From the NCBI GenBank assembly GCA_964246735.1, contig CAXTRI010000001.1:100420-164419 (forward strand): DNA of 64,000 bases. Direction: 5' to 3'. Both the position numbers and the translations under genes were made by a program. How positions within the stretch are numbered: the stretch's first letter is position 1; each line of letters begins with the position of its first letter. The DNA comes from an uncultured Flavobacteriales bacterium (lineage in GTDB: Bacteria > Bacteroidota > Bacteroidia > Flavobacteriales > Blattabacteriaceae). The notes beneath the pieces were generated by a model that saw nothing but the letters and a program-made list of their open reading frames with translations, ran no database searches and was not told the DNA's origin. Positions 1-9,709 of the stretch are shown here, in pieces.

Positions 1-288
1 AAGATATTGCATGCAGATTTTTGCATATTAAATACTAAAAATTTAATAGTTATGCCGGTCCCAATAAAAACTATTGGACGCTCCTGCGGAGTTGCACAAG
101 GTGGATATTTACGAATAATCCTTAGAAAGCTTCTAGTAAAAGCTTTACCTAAAAATATTCCTGATTATTTTGAAATAGATATATCTTTTTTAGCGATAGG
201 AGATAGAGTATATATCAAAGATATAATAAACGATAATTATATCTTTATGCATTCTAATGATACAGTAATAATTACTATTAAATCATAG
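1..288 (+). CDS. rplY: 50S ribosomal protein L25/Ctc, 3' part (5' end outside window)
   Basis: Frame 1 is open from base 1; the TTG at 7 is only the ORF-finder start. The translation '..GVAQGGYLRIILRKLLVKALPKNIPDYFEIDISFLAIGDRVYIKD..' fits the Ctc-type L25 C-terminal pattern. Confidence 0.7.
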   Translation, partial: KILHADFCILNTKNLIVMPVPIKTIGRSCGVAQGGYLRIILRKLLVKALPKNIPDYFEIDISFLAIGDRVYIKDIINDNYIFMHSNDTVIITIKS

Positions 289-291
289 ATA

Positions 292-696
292 ATGAAATTA
301 TTAGATGAATACTTCATGAGACACGCTTTAAAAGAGGCTCTTTATGCTTACGAAAAAAACGAAATACCAGTAGGCGCAATTATAGTAAGAAATTATACTA
401 TAATTGCACAAGCTCATAATCTTACAAAAAAACTAAAAGATGTTACCGCTCATGCAGAAATCCAAGTTCTCGGAGCAGCAGAATTGTATTTAAAAGGAAA
501 ATATAAGTATTTAAAAGAATGTAAAATCTACGTTACTTTAGAACCTTGTCTTATGTGTGCTGCTGCTATTTTATTGGCTAAATTAGGGAGTTTGGTTTTC
601 GGCGCTTCAAATATTACTTTTAGTAAAGGAATATTTTCTAAAGAAGCTGGGCTTTTGTTAGAAAGTTTCTTTAAAAAAAATAGGAGCTATACCTAA
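292..696 (+). CDS. tadA: tRNA-specific adenosine deaminase
   Basis: Has the CMP/dCMP deaminase zinc motifs 'HAEIQVL' and 'TLEPCLMCAAAI'. It is short (134 aa) with an apparent internal deletion after 'LVFGAS'. Confidence 0.85.
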   Translation: MKLLDEYFMRHALKEALYAYEKNEIPVGAIIVRNYTIIAQAHNLTKKLKDVTAHAEIQVLGAAELYLKGKYKYLKECKIYVTLEPCLMCAAAILLAKLGSLVFGASNITFSKGIFSKEAGLLLESFFKKNRSYT

Positions 697-706
697 TAGC
701 TAAATA

Positions 707-2011
707 ATGCAGAAAGCAATTGTTGCTATAGTTGGTAGACCAAATGTAGGAAAATCAACTTTTTTTAATAGGTTAGTTGGTAGAACTGAAGCAATTGTTG
801 ATTCAATAAGTGGAATTACTAGAGATAGGCATTATGGCTTATCTGAATGGAATTCTCATATATTTACTGTAATCGATACAGGAGGTTATGTAGTAGGTAA
901 TGATAGTTTTTTTTATCAAAGTATTCGGAATCAAATAGAATCAGCGATTATTGAAGCAGATATAATTTTTTTTATGGTAGATGCTAATTTAGGTCCTATA
1001 AAAGAAGATTATCATCTAAGTAATTTAATACGTAAATTTCAAAAACCAATAATGCTAATTGTTAATAAAGTTGATAATCCTACTTTATTATTAAATAGTG
1101 TTGATTTTTATAGATTAGGATTTAATAAATATTATTGTCTGTCTGCTAATAATGGAAGTGGAAGTGGGGAAATACTAGATGATTTAGTAACTTTATTCCC
1201 AACAATTACAAAAAAAGAAGACACCAAAAATATTCCTATTATTGCTATAGTTGGTAGACCAAATGCAGGAAAATCAACCCTTTTAAATACTTTTTTAAGG
1301 GAAGAAAGGCATATAGTTACTGATATTCCTTGTACTACAAGAGATGCTCTTCAGGTATATTATTCTCTATATGGATACGAATATATTTTAATTGATACTG
1401 CTGGAATTAGAAAAATATCTAAGATAAATGAAAAGATAGAATATTACGCGGTTATGCGAACAATAAGTTCGATAAAATATTCTGATGTTTGTTTACTTAT
1501 AGTAGATGCAGTAGTCGGCTGGAAATCTCAAGATATGAAAATTTTTCACATGATTTATAATAATAGCAAGGGTGTTGTTATTCTTATAAATAAATGGGAT
1601 AAAATAGAAAAAAATCATACAACTCTTAAAGAATATGAGAAAAAAATTATAGCAAAAATGTCATCATTAAATGATATTCCTATTCTTTTTATATCTGCGC
1701 TTATGAAGAAGCGTATATTAAAAATATTAGAAATCTCATTAAAGGTATTTAGAAATCGTCGAAAAAAAATAAAAACAAGCCTTTTAAATGATGTAATGTT
1801 ACCAATTCTTCAATCTAATCCCCCATCAGCAGTAAAAGGCAGATATATTTTAATAAAATATTGTACGCAATTACCTTCTTCTAGTCCCCAGTTTGCTTTT
1901 TATTCTAACATGCCTTTTTATATAAAATCTTCTTATAAAAAATATATTGAGAACCAATTGCGTAGGAAGTTTGATTTTAATGGTGTTCCATTAAGGATTT
2001 ATTTTAAATAA
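707..2011 (+). CDS. der: ribosome-associated GTPase Der/EngA
   Basis: Two tandem G domains: 'GRPNVGKST..DTGG..NKVD' and 'GRPNAGKST..DTAG..NKWD'. A KH-like C-terminus follows. Confidence 0.95.
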   Translation: MQKAIVAIVGRPNVGKSTFFNRLVGRTEAIVDSISGITRDRHYGLSEWNSHIFTVIDTGGYVVGNDSFFYQSIRNQIESAIIEADIIFFMVDANLGPIKEDYHLSNLIRKFQKPIMLIVNKVDNPTLLLNSVDFYRLGFNKYYCLSANNGSGSGEILDDLVTLFPTITKKEDTKNIPIIAIVGRPNAGKSTLLNTFLREERHIVTDIPCTTRDALQVYYSLYGYEYILIDTAGIRKISKINEKIEYYAVMRTISSIKYSDVCLLIVDAVVGWKSQDMKIFHMIYNNSKGVVILINKWDKIEKNHTTLKEYEKKIIAKMSSLNDIPILFISALMKKRILKILEISLKVFRNRRKKIKTSLLNDVMLPILQSNPPSAVKGRYILIKYCTQLPSSSPQFAFYSNMPFYIKSSYKKYIENQLRRKFDFNGVPLRIYFK

Positions 2012-2204
2012 ATTTTAGATTTTTTTTTGTGAAGGATGTAAAATATTGAACTAAATTTGTAATTATGGACGGTTTTTCATTGTTCTAATATTTGGATTTG
2101 CTATTTCTTTAGGTTAATTATGTTCTTTCTTTCTATTCCAGTGGTAGAGATTTTTTTAACTAAAAAAAGAAAGATGTAAAAGACCTAATGATAGTAAAGG
2201 AAAC

Positions 2205-2229
2205 GATATGAGATATGAGATATGAGATA
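2205..2229. repeat. 7-nt tandem repeat (GATATGA) x3.5
   Basis: Read directly: gatatga gatatga gatatga gata, inside the 484-bp der-maeB spacer. Confidence 0.9.
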
Positions 2230-2325
2230 ACAGAAAACAAAACATCAGGGATATAAAGTTTAAAAATTAGATGGACAGAAGTCTGTTCGTATTTTCTCTT
2301 ATATATTTTTTATTATTTTGGACTA

Positions 2326-2499
2326 ATGGGTTTTAGTATTTTCATTACATTGCTTTCTGTCTTCTTATTTTACTGTTTTAACGTGATTCTTCAATTGCCT
2401 TTTCTTTTTTTATGCTATGTTTTGGTTTATATTTCATTTAGTTTAGTGGTAATTCCTTATCTTTTTCATCTACTAGATATAGATAGAAAAGAAATATGA
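2326..2499 (+). CDS. hypothetical small hydrophobic protein (57 aa), candidate only
   Basis: ATG at 2326. Translation is [57 protein letters not shown]. Its TGA (2497-2499) overlaps the malic-enzyme ATG as ATGA. It is below the ORF-track size cutoff, and the T-rich strand could produce it by chance. Confidence 0.25.
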   Translation: MGFSIFITLLSVFLFYCFNVILQLPFLFLCYVLVYISFSLVVIPYLFHLLDIDRKEI

Positions 2500-3731
2500 A
2501 AAATAAAATAACCCAAGAAGCTCTTAACTATCATAGTAAATTCCCAGCAGGAAAAATTAAAATAACCCCTACTAAAAATTATCGTTCACAAAAAGATCTT
2601 TCTTTAGCATATTCACCTGGAGTAGCTGAACCTTGTATATCTATTTCTCAAGATCCTCAAAAAGCCTATGATTTTACAGGCAAAGGCAATTTAGTGGGTG
2701 TTGTATCTAATGGAACTGCGGTTCTCGGTCTTGGTAATATTGGAGAATTAGCATCTAAGCCCGTGATGGAAGGAAAAGGTCTATTATTTAAAGTATTTGC
2801 AGGAATAGATGTCTATGACATTGAAATAGCTGAAAAAGGACCTGAAAATTTTATTAATGTAATAAAAGCAATCTCTCCATCTTTTGGAGGGATAAATTTA
2901 GAAGATATTAAAGCACCAGAAGCTTTTGAAATAGAACTACGGCTAAAAAAAGAACTTAATATTCCTATTATGCATGATGATCAGCATGGAACTGCGATTA
3001 TATCGGGAGCAGCGCTTATTAATTCATTAGAATTTGTAGGAAAAAAAATTGAAAAAATAAAAGTAATAGTAAATGGAGCAGGGGCTGCTGCTATTTCTTG
3101 TACACGGTTTTATAAGAAGCTAGGAGTAAGAGCAGATAATATTATAATGTTTGATAGAAAAGGGATTATTTGTATTGATAGAAATGATCTTACTCCAGAA
3201 AAAAAGGAATTTGCCGTTAAAGACCATATTAATTTAGAGGAAGCATTAAAAGGAGCCGATGTTTTTATTGGTCTTTCTATTGGAAATATTCTATCTGAAG
3301 AGATGTTATTAACGATGGCTAAGAATCCTATTATTTTTTCTTTGGCAAATCCAAATCCAGAAATTAAATATGAACTTGCTATTAAAACTCGTACTGATTC
3401 TATCGTTGCTTCTGGAAGAAGTGATTTTCCGAATCAAGTGAATAACGTTTTAGGCTTTCCCTCTATATTTAGAGGAGCTCTTGATGTGCGAGCAATAACT
3501 ATCAACGAGGATATGAAATTAGCTGCAGTATTTGCTATTGCTCGATTAGCTAAAACAAAATCTTTTGGAAAAAGATCTATTATTCCCCAGACATTAGATG
3601 AGGCAATTATTACGCATGTTGCTCCTGCAATAGCTAACATAGCAATTAAATCAGGTGTAGCTAGAAAAATAATTACTGATTGGAATGCATATGAAGAATA
3701 CCTTATTGACAGAAAAGTCACTCATATTTAA
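2496..3731 (+). CDS. maeB: NAD(P)-dependent malic enzyme (malic-enzyme domains only, no PTA-like domain)
   Basis: Matches the malic enzyme family, with '[13 protein letters not shown]', '[10 protein letters not shown]' and the NAD-binding '[11 protein letters not shown]'. At 411 aa it ends just after the NAD domain. Confidence 0.9.
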   Translation: MKNKITQEALNYHSKFPAGKIKITPTKNYRSQKDLSLAYSPGVAEPCISISQDPQKAYDFTGKGNLVGVVSNGTAVLGLGNIGELASKPVMEGKGLLFKVFAGIDVYDIEIAEKGPENFINVIKAISPSFGGINLEDIKAPEAFEIELRLKKELNIPIMHDDQHGTAIISGAALINSLEFVGKKIEKIKVIVNGAGAAAISCTRFYKKLGVRADNIIMFDRKGIICIDRNDLTPEKKEFAVKDHINLEEALKGADVFIGLSIGNILSEEMLLTMAKNPIIFSLANPNPEIKYELAIKTRTDSIVASGRSDFPNQVNNVLGFPSIFRGALDVRAITINEDMKLAAVFAIARLAKTKSFGKRSIIPQTLDEAIITHVAPAIANIAIKSGVARKIITDWNAYEEYLIDRKVTHI

Positions 3732-4000
3732 CTTTCTATATTCCCCAATTTACAAGTATATGATTTGGATTTCACTTTCGAGTTTATTAGTTTATTTATT
3801 TTCTCCAAGTACAAAGCACCTAGCACATTATCTCTAACTTTACTTTTGTTTTTGGATGGTGAAGAAAAAGGATCTAAGGAATATAGGAAGACTAGAGATT
3901 TTTAAACCTATAGCAAACGACTATATGAAATAGGTAAAAAAAAAAGTCTTCTTTTAAGTCTTTCAGAAAATGGTATATCATTTAAGTAATAATATAAATT

Positions 4001-5062
4001 ATGTCAGGGAATAGCTTTGGAAAAATTTTTACACTAAAAACTTATGGAGAAAGTCATGGTAGAATGATAGGGGGTATTATAGATGGATGTCCATCAGGAC
4101 TAAAGTTAAATATTGAAGCAATTCAGAAAGAATTAAATAGAAGAAAACCCGGACAATCTAATATAGTAACACAAAGAAAAGAGGATGATAAAGTTTCTTT
4201 GTTATCAGGTATTTTAGATGGAGTAACGACAGGAGCTCCAATTGGGTTTTCTATTGATAATAAAAACCATAAAGATAAGGACTATTTTCATATTCATAAT
4301 ATTTATCGACCATCTCATGCAGATTATGTATATGAAAAAAAATATAGCATTCGAGACTATAGAGGAGGAGGGCGGTCATCAGCACGAGAAACAGCCACCA
4401 GAATAGTAGCAGGTGCTATTGCGAAACAATTGATTAAAGGGATTAAGATTAATGCTTTTGTCGCTTCTGTAGGTAATATCCATCTGAATAAACCTTATCA
4501 TAAACTTAATTTATATTGTCTGGAAAATACGCCTGTTCGTTGTCCAGATCAGAAGGTCGCAGAAAAAATGATTGAACTAATTAAAACAATACGTAAAAAA
4601 GGGGATACTTTAGGTGGAGTAATAAGCTGTATTATCCAGCGAGTACCGCTTGGGCTAGGTAGTCCTATTTTTAATAAGCTACATGCCGATCTAGGAAAAG
4701 CTATGTTGTCTATTAATGCGGTAAAAGGGTTTGAATATGGCAGTGGGTTTTCTAGTGTAACGATGCGTGGATCCACCCATAATGATATTTTCAATGCTGA
4801 CGAAACTACTAATACTAATTTTTCAGGTGGCATACAAGGAGGACTCTCTAATGGAATGGATATTTATTTTAGAGTAGCTTTCAAACCTATTGCTACTATT
4901 ATGAGAAAACAAAAGAGTATTGATATAAAAGGTAAAATTTCTCTTTTAGAAGGAAGAGGCAGACATGACCCTTGTGTTGTTCCAAGAGCCGTTCCTATTG
5001 TAGAAGCAATGACTGCTCTTGTCATTGCTGATCATTGGTTGTTGAATAAGATAATAATTTAG
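4001..5062 (+). CDS. aroC: chorismate synthase
   Basis: 'GESHG..IGG.IDGCP', 'RPSHADY', '[11 protein letters not shown]' and '[13 protein letters not shown]' match the family. Confidence 0.95.
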   Translation: MSGNSFGKIFTLKTYGESHGRMIGGIIDGCPSGLKLNIEAIQKELNRRKPGQSNIVTQRKEDDKVSLLSGILDGVTTGAPIGFSIDNKNHKDKDYFHIHNIYRPSHADYVYEKKYSIRDYRGGGRSSARETATRIVAGAIAKQLIKGIKINAFVASVGNIHLNKPYHKLNLYCLENTPVRCPDQKVAEKMIELIKTIRKKGDTLGGVISCIIQRVPLGLGSPIFNKLHADLGKAMLSINAVKGFEYGSGFSSVTMRGSTHNDIFNADETTNTNFSGGIQGGLSNGMDIYFRVAFKPIATIMRKQKSIDIKGKISLLEGRGRHDPCVVPRAVPIVEAMTALVIADHWLLNKIII

Positions 5063-5064
5063 AT

Positions 5065-5973
5065 ATTCCTATACTTTTATCTATTGTTGGACCAACAAAC
5101 GTAGGAAAAACTAAAGTTTCTTTATGTTTAGCTGAAATATTTAATACAGAAATATTATCATGTGATGCTCGCCAATTTTATTGGGAGCTTAGTATTGGAT
5201 CATCATCTCCCGATAAACGACAGTTAGATAACATACAGCATCATTTTATTGGACATTTAACGATTTGGAAGCATTATAGTGCTGGGAATTATAAAAAAGA
5301 TGCTTTTAAAAAACTTAATGATCTTTTTACCCGTCTTCCTATAGTTTTAATAGTAGGTGGGTCTGGTTTATATGGTAAAACTATTACTTCTGGAATAGAT
5401 TATCTACCGTTTTTTTCGAAAGAAATTAGTCGAGATTTATATATCAAAAATCCATCTAAAGGAGAACTAAAAAAAAAAGACTTTGAGCCTAAGCCTAAGC
5501 CTAAGCCTAAGCCTAAGCCTAACAATTATTATAGATTTCTTCGTTCACTTGAGGTTTTAAGTTATTCTAATAGATCTTTTTCTTCCTTTCATAAAAAGAT
5601 CACAATAAATTATTCCTATAATATAATTCAAATTGGACTTAATTTATCCAGAGTTGGGCTATATGAACGCATAAAACAACGCATAGAATCTATGATAAAA
5701 ATTGGGTTTCTAGAAGAAGCTCAAGAATGTTATTATTTTAGACACTTAAACGCACTACAAACTATAGCTTATAAGGAGATTTTTAATTACTTTGATGGTA
5801 TAATAAGTTTTGAGAAAGCTATTGAAGAAATAAAAAAAAATACACGACGTTATTCTAAAAGACAAATTACATGGTATAAAAAGGCAAAAAAATTGCAATG
5901 GTTCTTTTCTTATAAAGAGAATGAAATTATAGAAAATGTTAAAAGCAAACTTTCTTCCATAAAAGACAATTAG
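5065..5973 (+). CDS. miaA: tRNA dimethylallyltransferase (no canonical start codon; start placed at ATT 5065)
   Basis: Frame 1 is open from 5050 to 5973. Translation 'IPILLSIVGPTNVGKTKVSLCLAEIFNTEILSCDARQFYWELSIGSS..' has the P-loop and 'DSRQ.Y'-type motif, and '..RRYSKRQITWYKK' occurs at the C-terminus. The first in-frame ATG/GTG/TTG is at 5692, which is why the ORF track shows only 93 aa. Confidence 0.75.
   Translation: MPILLSIVGPTNVGKTKVSLCLAEIFNTEILSCDARQFYWELSIGSSSPDKRQLDNIQHHFIGHLTIWKHYSAGNYKKDAFKKLNDLFTRLPIVLIVGGSGLYGKTITSGIDYLPFFSKEISRDLYIKNPSKGELKKKDFEPKPKPKPKPKPNNYYRFLRSLEVLSYSNRSFSSFHKKITINYSYNIIQIGLNLSRVGLYERIKQRIESMIKIGFLEEAQECYYFRHLNALQTIAYKEIFNYFDGIISFEKAIEEIKKNTRRYSKRQITWYKKAKKLQWFFSYKENEIIENVKSKLSSIKDN
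5488..5520 (+). repeat. in-frame hexanucleotide repeat (CCTAAG) x5.5 inside miaA
   Basis: Read directly; it encodes PKPKPKPKPKP. A 10-A run lies immediately upstream (5469-5478). Confidence 0.95.
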
Positions 5974-6008
5974 TTTTAATTTTTGTTTTTTTTTATATTC
6001 ATTCTTTT

Positions 6009-7850
6009 ATGGCTAAAGGAACGATTAATGTAACGGCAGAGAATATTTTTCCAATAATAAAAAAGTTTTTGTATTCTGACAAAGAAATTTTTTTAAGAGA
6101 GATTATTTCTAATGCTGTTGATGCAACCTTTAAATTTAAAAAACTTTGTCAATTAGGTGAAGCAAATGAAGAAATTACAGATACAAAAATAGAGATAAAA
6201 ATAAATAAAAAAGAAAAAACCCTTCATATTATTGATAAAGGTATTGGAATGAGTCTAAAAGAGATCGATAAATATATTAATAAAATTGCTTTTTCAGGTG
6301 CTGAAGCATTTATACAAAAATATAAATATCAAGAAATCATCGGGCATTTTGGGTTAGGGTTTTATTCAAGTTTCATGGTTTCAGATAAAGTAGAAATATT
6401 TAGTAAATCTTATGTAATAGATATGCCTCCAGCTTATTGGTCTTCTGATGGCACTCCAATCTTTATTTTAGAAGAAGGAAACAAAAAAGAACGTGGAACA
6501 GAAATTGTTCTTCATATAAATAAAGACTCCAAGGAGTTTCTTGATGATCACAAAATTCATACGCTTCTTAATAAATATTGTAAATTCATGCCTGTTCCTA
6601 TTAAATTTGGAGATAGGGAAGAAAAAGAGACAAAGATTAAGGTTGATAATATTATAAATGATCCAAGTCCTGCTTGGACGAAAAACCCTCTATCTCTCAA
6701 AGAAGAAGATTATAAGAAGTTCTACTCAAAGAGTTTTCCTACTGAATTAGATGATCCATTATTTTGGATTCATTTAAATATTGAACATCCTTTCCATTTA
6801 ACTGGTATTCTTTATTTTCCTAAAATAAAAAATCAGATAGAAACTCATAAAAGGAAAATACACCTTTATAATAATCAAGTCTTTATTACTGATAAAATAG
6901 AGGGTATCGTTCCAGAATTTTTACATTTATTGATAGGAATTATTGATTCACCAGATATTCCACTCAATGTTTCTCGTTCAAATTTTCAGGCTGATGATGC
7001 TGTAAAAACAATTTCTAGCTATATAACTAGAAAAATAGCAGATAAACTCTATAGTCTTTTTATAAATGATAGAACACTTTTTGAAAATAAATGGGAAGAT
7101 ATTAAAATAATTATTGAGCATGGAATGCTTAGTGAAGAGAAATTCTTTAAAAAGGCCAATGGTTTCTTTCTATATTCTTCTGTTGATGGTAAATATTTTA
7201 CGTTTGATGAGTTTACTGAGAAAATTAGAGTAACACATAAAAATAAAGAAAAGAATAAAATTATTTACCTTTATTCTTCAAATAAAGAAACGCAACATAG
7301 CTATATAAAAAGAGCTAAAGATAAAACTTATGAAGTATTATTACTAGATAGTCTTTTATCCCCTCATTTAATTCAAAAAATAGAAGTTAATCATAAAGAT
7401 ATTTTTTTTAATCGTGTAGATTCAGATTCGATAGAAAATATTTTTAAAAGAGAAATAATATCTATTTCAAAACTTTCTGAAAGTGAAAAAGAAATTCTTA
7501 AAAAGATATTATCGAAAACTATAGAAAGTCATAAATTTTGTATTTATTTGGAAAATCTAGAAAGTAGAACTTTACCTTTTATTATTACTAATCCTGAATT
7601 TATGCGCAGGATGAAAGATATGAGTAAAACTGGAGGTTATAAGAATTCAGAAGTATTACCAGATTTATACCATATAAAAGTAAATATAAATTCATTTTTT
7701 ATAAGAAGATTATTAAAAGAATCTAATTTTTCTTTGCAAAAGCAAATGATAGAAAAATCACTTTATTTGGCTATGATTTCAATGAATATTTTAACTGGAG
7801 AAGCTCTTAGTAAATTTATAGAGATATCATTCAATGAATTATGCCAGTAA
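6009..7850 (+). CDS. htpG: molecular chaperone HtpG (Hsp90)
   Basis: Has the GHKL ATPase motifs 'REIISNAVDA', 'DKGIGMS' and 'GHFGLGFYS'. Length is 613 aa. Confidence 0.95.
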   Translation: MAKGTINVTAENIFPIIKKFLYSDKEIFLREIISNAVDATFKFKKLCQLGEANEEITDTKIEIKINKKEKTLHIIDKGIGMSLKEIDKYINKIAFSGAEAFIQKYKYQEIIGHFGLGFYSSFMVSDKVEIFSKSYVIDMPPAYWSSDGTPIFILEEGNKKERGTEIVLHINKDSKEFLDDHKIHTLLNKYCKFMPVPIKFGDREEKETKIKVDNIINDPSPAWTKNPLSLKEEDYKKFYSKSFPTELDDPLFWIHLNIEHPFHLTGILYFPKIKNQIETHKRKIHLYNNQVFITDKIEGIVPEFLHLLIGIIDSPDIPLNVSRSNFQADDAVKTISSYITRKIADKLYSLFINDRTLFENKWEDIKIIIEHGMLSEEKFFKKANGFFLYSSVDGKYFTFDEFTEKIRVTHKNKEKNKIIYLYSSNKETQHSYIKRAKDKTYEVLLLDSLLSPHLIQKIEVNHKDIFFNRVDSDSIENIFKREIISISKLSESEKEILKKILSKTIESHKFCIYLENLESRTLPFIITNPEFMRRMKDMSKTGGYKNSEVLPDLYHIKVNINSFFIRRLLKESNFSLQKQMIEKSLYLAMISMNILTGEALSKFIEISFNELCQ

Positions 7851-7860
7851 TTCATATTTT

Positions 7861-7947
7861 GGAGAGATGGCAGAGTGGGCGAACGCAATGGTCTTGAAAA
7901 CCAATGAAGGAGAAATCCTTCCGTAGGTTCGAATCCTACTCTCTCCG
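7861..7947 (+). tRNA. tRNA-Ser (anticodon TGA)
   Basis: Manual cloverleaf: acceptor GGAGAGA/TCTCTCC, anticodon loop CTTGAAA, long variable arm, T-loop TTCGAAT. No encoded CCA. Confidence 0.9.
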
Positions 7948-7988
7948 CTTCTTTATTTCTATAGATAGGACATGTAGTACTGAAATTC

Positions 7989-9365
7989 CTACTTTCTCAA
8001 ACCTAGATGAATTCTTTGATTTACAAGATCCATTTCTAATACTATTGTCTCTATAATATCTCCTATTCCTAGCTTAAAAATATCGATGGGATTTTTTTTA
8101 GTATATGACAAGTCTGAATAATGAATCATACCATCGATCCCTGGTTGAAGTTCAACAAAAAGACCGTAATCCGTGATATGTCTAATTGTGCCTGTATGAT
8201 AAGACCCTTTCTTATATTTCTCTTGAAGTTCAGGCCAAGGATTTGGTAAAAGTTGTTTTACTCCTAATGACATTTTTTTTTCTTTACGTTCAAGTGTAAG
8301 AATAACGCCTTCTACTACATCATCTTTTGAAAGGAAGTCTTTGGCTAACCTTAATTGATTAGCCCAAGTTATTTCTGATACATGAAGTAAAGCTTCAACA
8401 CCAGGTTGAATCTCGACAAAAGCTCCATATTCAAGTATAGCTGTTACTTTACCTTTTATTTTATCTCCTATTTTTAAATTTTGATCTAGTGAAGTCCAAG
8501 GGTTTGGTAAAAGGTGTTTTATGCTTAATTGAATGCGATTTTTCTCGTCATTAAAATCAAGAATGACTACCTTAACCTTTTCGTTAATTTTAAGGACTTC
8601 TGAAGGATGACTAATCCTTTTCCAAGAAATATCACTATTATGAACTAACCCATCTACACCTCCCAGATCCAAAAACGCACCGTAATTAGTGATATTTTTT
8701 ACTTTTGCTATGAGTACTTGTCCTGGTTGAAGTTCAGCAATAAACTTTTTCTTTTGTTTTTCTATCTCATCTTCTATTAAAGCTTTGTGAGAAACAACAA
8801 TATTTTTATATTCATAATTTATTTTTAAAATTTTAAACTCCATATATTTATTATAAACTTCACTATAAAAATTATCAAAGTTATATAGTGGTTTTGGGTC
8901 AATCTGAGACCCAGGCATGAAAGCTTCTATATAATCAAGAATTCTTACGATCATGCCTCCTTTTGTCCGTCCGATCACTTTTCCAGTAATAATCTCTCTA
9001 TTTTTATAAGCTTCTTTTGCACGTTGCCAAGAAAGTCTAATCAAAGCTTTACGATGAGAAAGTAAAAGATGACCTTTATAAATATTTTCTATCATTACAT
9101 CTATAGTATCCCCTACTTTTATGTTTTTTTTATTTCTAATTTCATTCATAGATACAATTCCTTCATATTTAAATTGTAAATCAACAATAATTTCTTTATC
9201 TAGAACTTTTGTTATTACTCCTCTCAATATTTCATATTTATTAATAGTGTTAACTCCCACCTCTTTTATAGAGAATCCTGCTTTTTGAAAGTCTTCAGAT
9301 GCATTCCAATTAAATTTATCTATGGAATAATTTGTATTAATAAATTGGTTTGTAAATTCAAACAT
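7989..9365 (-). CDS. rpsA: 30S ribosomal protein S1 (five S1 domains)
   Basis: Five repeats of the S1 motif (e.g. 'ITGKVIGRTKGGMIVRI', 'LIAKVKNITNYGAFLDLGG', 'IKGKVTAILEYGAFVEI', 'HTGTIRHITDYGLFVEL'). Confidence 0.9.
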   Translation of the reverse strand: MFEFTNQFINTNYSIDKFNWNASEDFQKAGFSIKEVGVNTINKYEILRGVITKVLDKEIIVDLQFKYEGIVSMNEIRNKKNIKVGDTIDVMIENIYKGHLLLSHRKALIRLSWQRAKEAYKNREIITGKVIGRTKGGMIVRILDYIEAFMPGSQIDPKPLYNFDNFYSEVYNKYMEFKILKINYEYKNIVVSHKALIEDEIEKQKKKFIAELQPGQVLIAKVKNITNYGAFLDLGGVDGLVHNSDISWKRISHPSEVLKINEKVKVVILDFNDEKNRIQLSIKHLLPNPWTSLDQNLKIGDKIKGKVTAILEYGAFVEIQPGVEALLHVSEITWANQLRLAKDFLSKDDVVEGVILTLERKEKKMSLGVKQLLPNPWPELQEKYKKGSYHTGTIRHITDYGLFVELQPGIDGMIHYSDLSYTKKNPIDIFKLGIGDIIETIVLEMDLVNQRIHLGLRK

Positions 9366-9437
9366 GCTGATAATAAGTTTTATATATAGAAAAAAGTTAA
9401 TAGGGAGAGTGAGTCTGGAGTTATAAACTTAAAAGTA

Positions 9438-9511
9438 GTCCCTAAACAGGAGTTGAACCTGTGACCCTCTGATTAACAGTCAAATGCTCTAACCAACTAA
9501 GCTATTAGGGA
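9438..9511 (-). tRNA. tRNA-Asn (anticodon GTT)
   Basis: The reverse complement folds as acceptor TCCCTAA/TTAGGGA, anticodon loop CTGTTAA, T-loop TTCAACT. Confidence 0.9.
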
Positions 9512-9620
9512 TAAATAGTAAATATAGTTGAATATTTTAATTTCAGCTAAGTATAGTACCTGTATAAAAAAAATCATATATTATTTAAAATAAATGATAC
9601 GTGGAAATAAAATTATATAA

Positions 9621-9693
9621 GGCACCGTGCTCGAGTTGGTAAAGGGGGAAGTTTGCAAAACTTTTAATATCGGTTCAAGTCCGATCGGTGCCT
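9621..9693 (+). tRNA. tRNA-Cys (anticodon GCA)
   Basis: Acceptor GGCACCG/CGGTGCC, anticodon loop TTGCAAA, T-loop TTCAAGT, discriminator T. Confidence 0.9.
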
Positions 9694-9709
9694 CGATTTA
9701 GATTTATAG

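Noticed and set aside
3434-3721. Antisense ORFs inside known genes: 3434-3721, 4549-4833, 12152-12429, 14394-14585, 29160-29459, 29997-30185, 37695-37967, 38433-38702, 38987-39334, 41196-41547, 42656-42844, 45930-46118, 47869-48063, 49207-49479, 50773-50955, 52898-53146, 57259-57501, 62640-63191, 63605-63817
   Set aside because: Each lies within, and opposite to, a gene with clear family motifs. None has its own recognisable domain, so I treat them as non-coding shadows.
5048-5070. aroC-miaA fusion by programmed -1 frameshift, because the miaA frame opens inside the last aroC codons
   Set aside because: There is no X-XXY-YYZ slippery heptamer or downstream structure. A non-canonical start or reinitiation is the simpler explanation.
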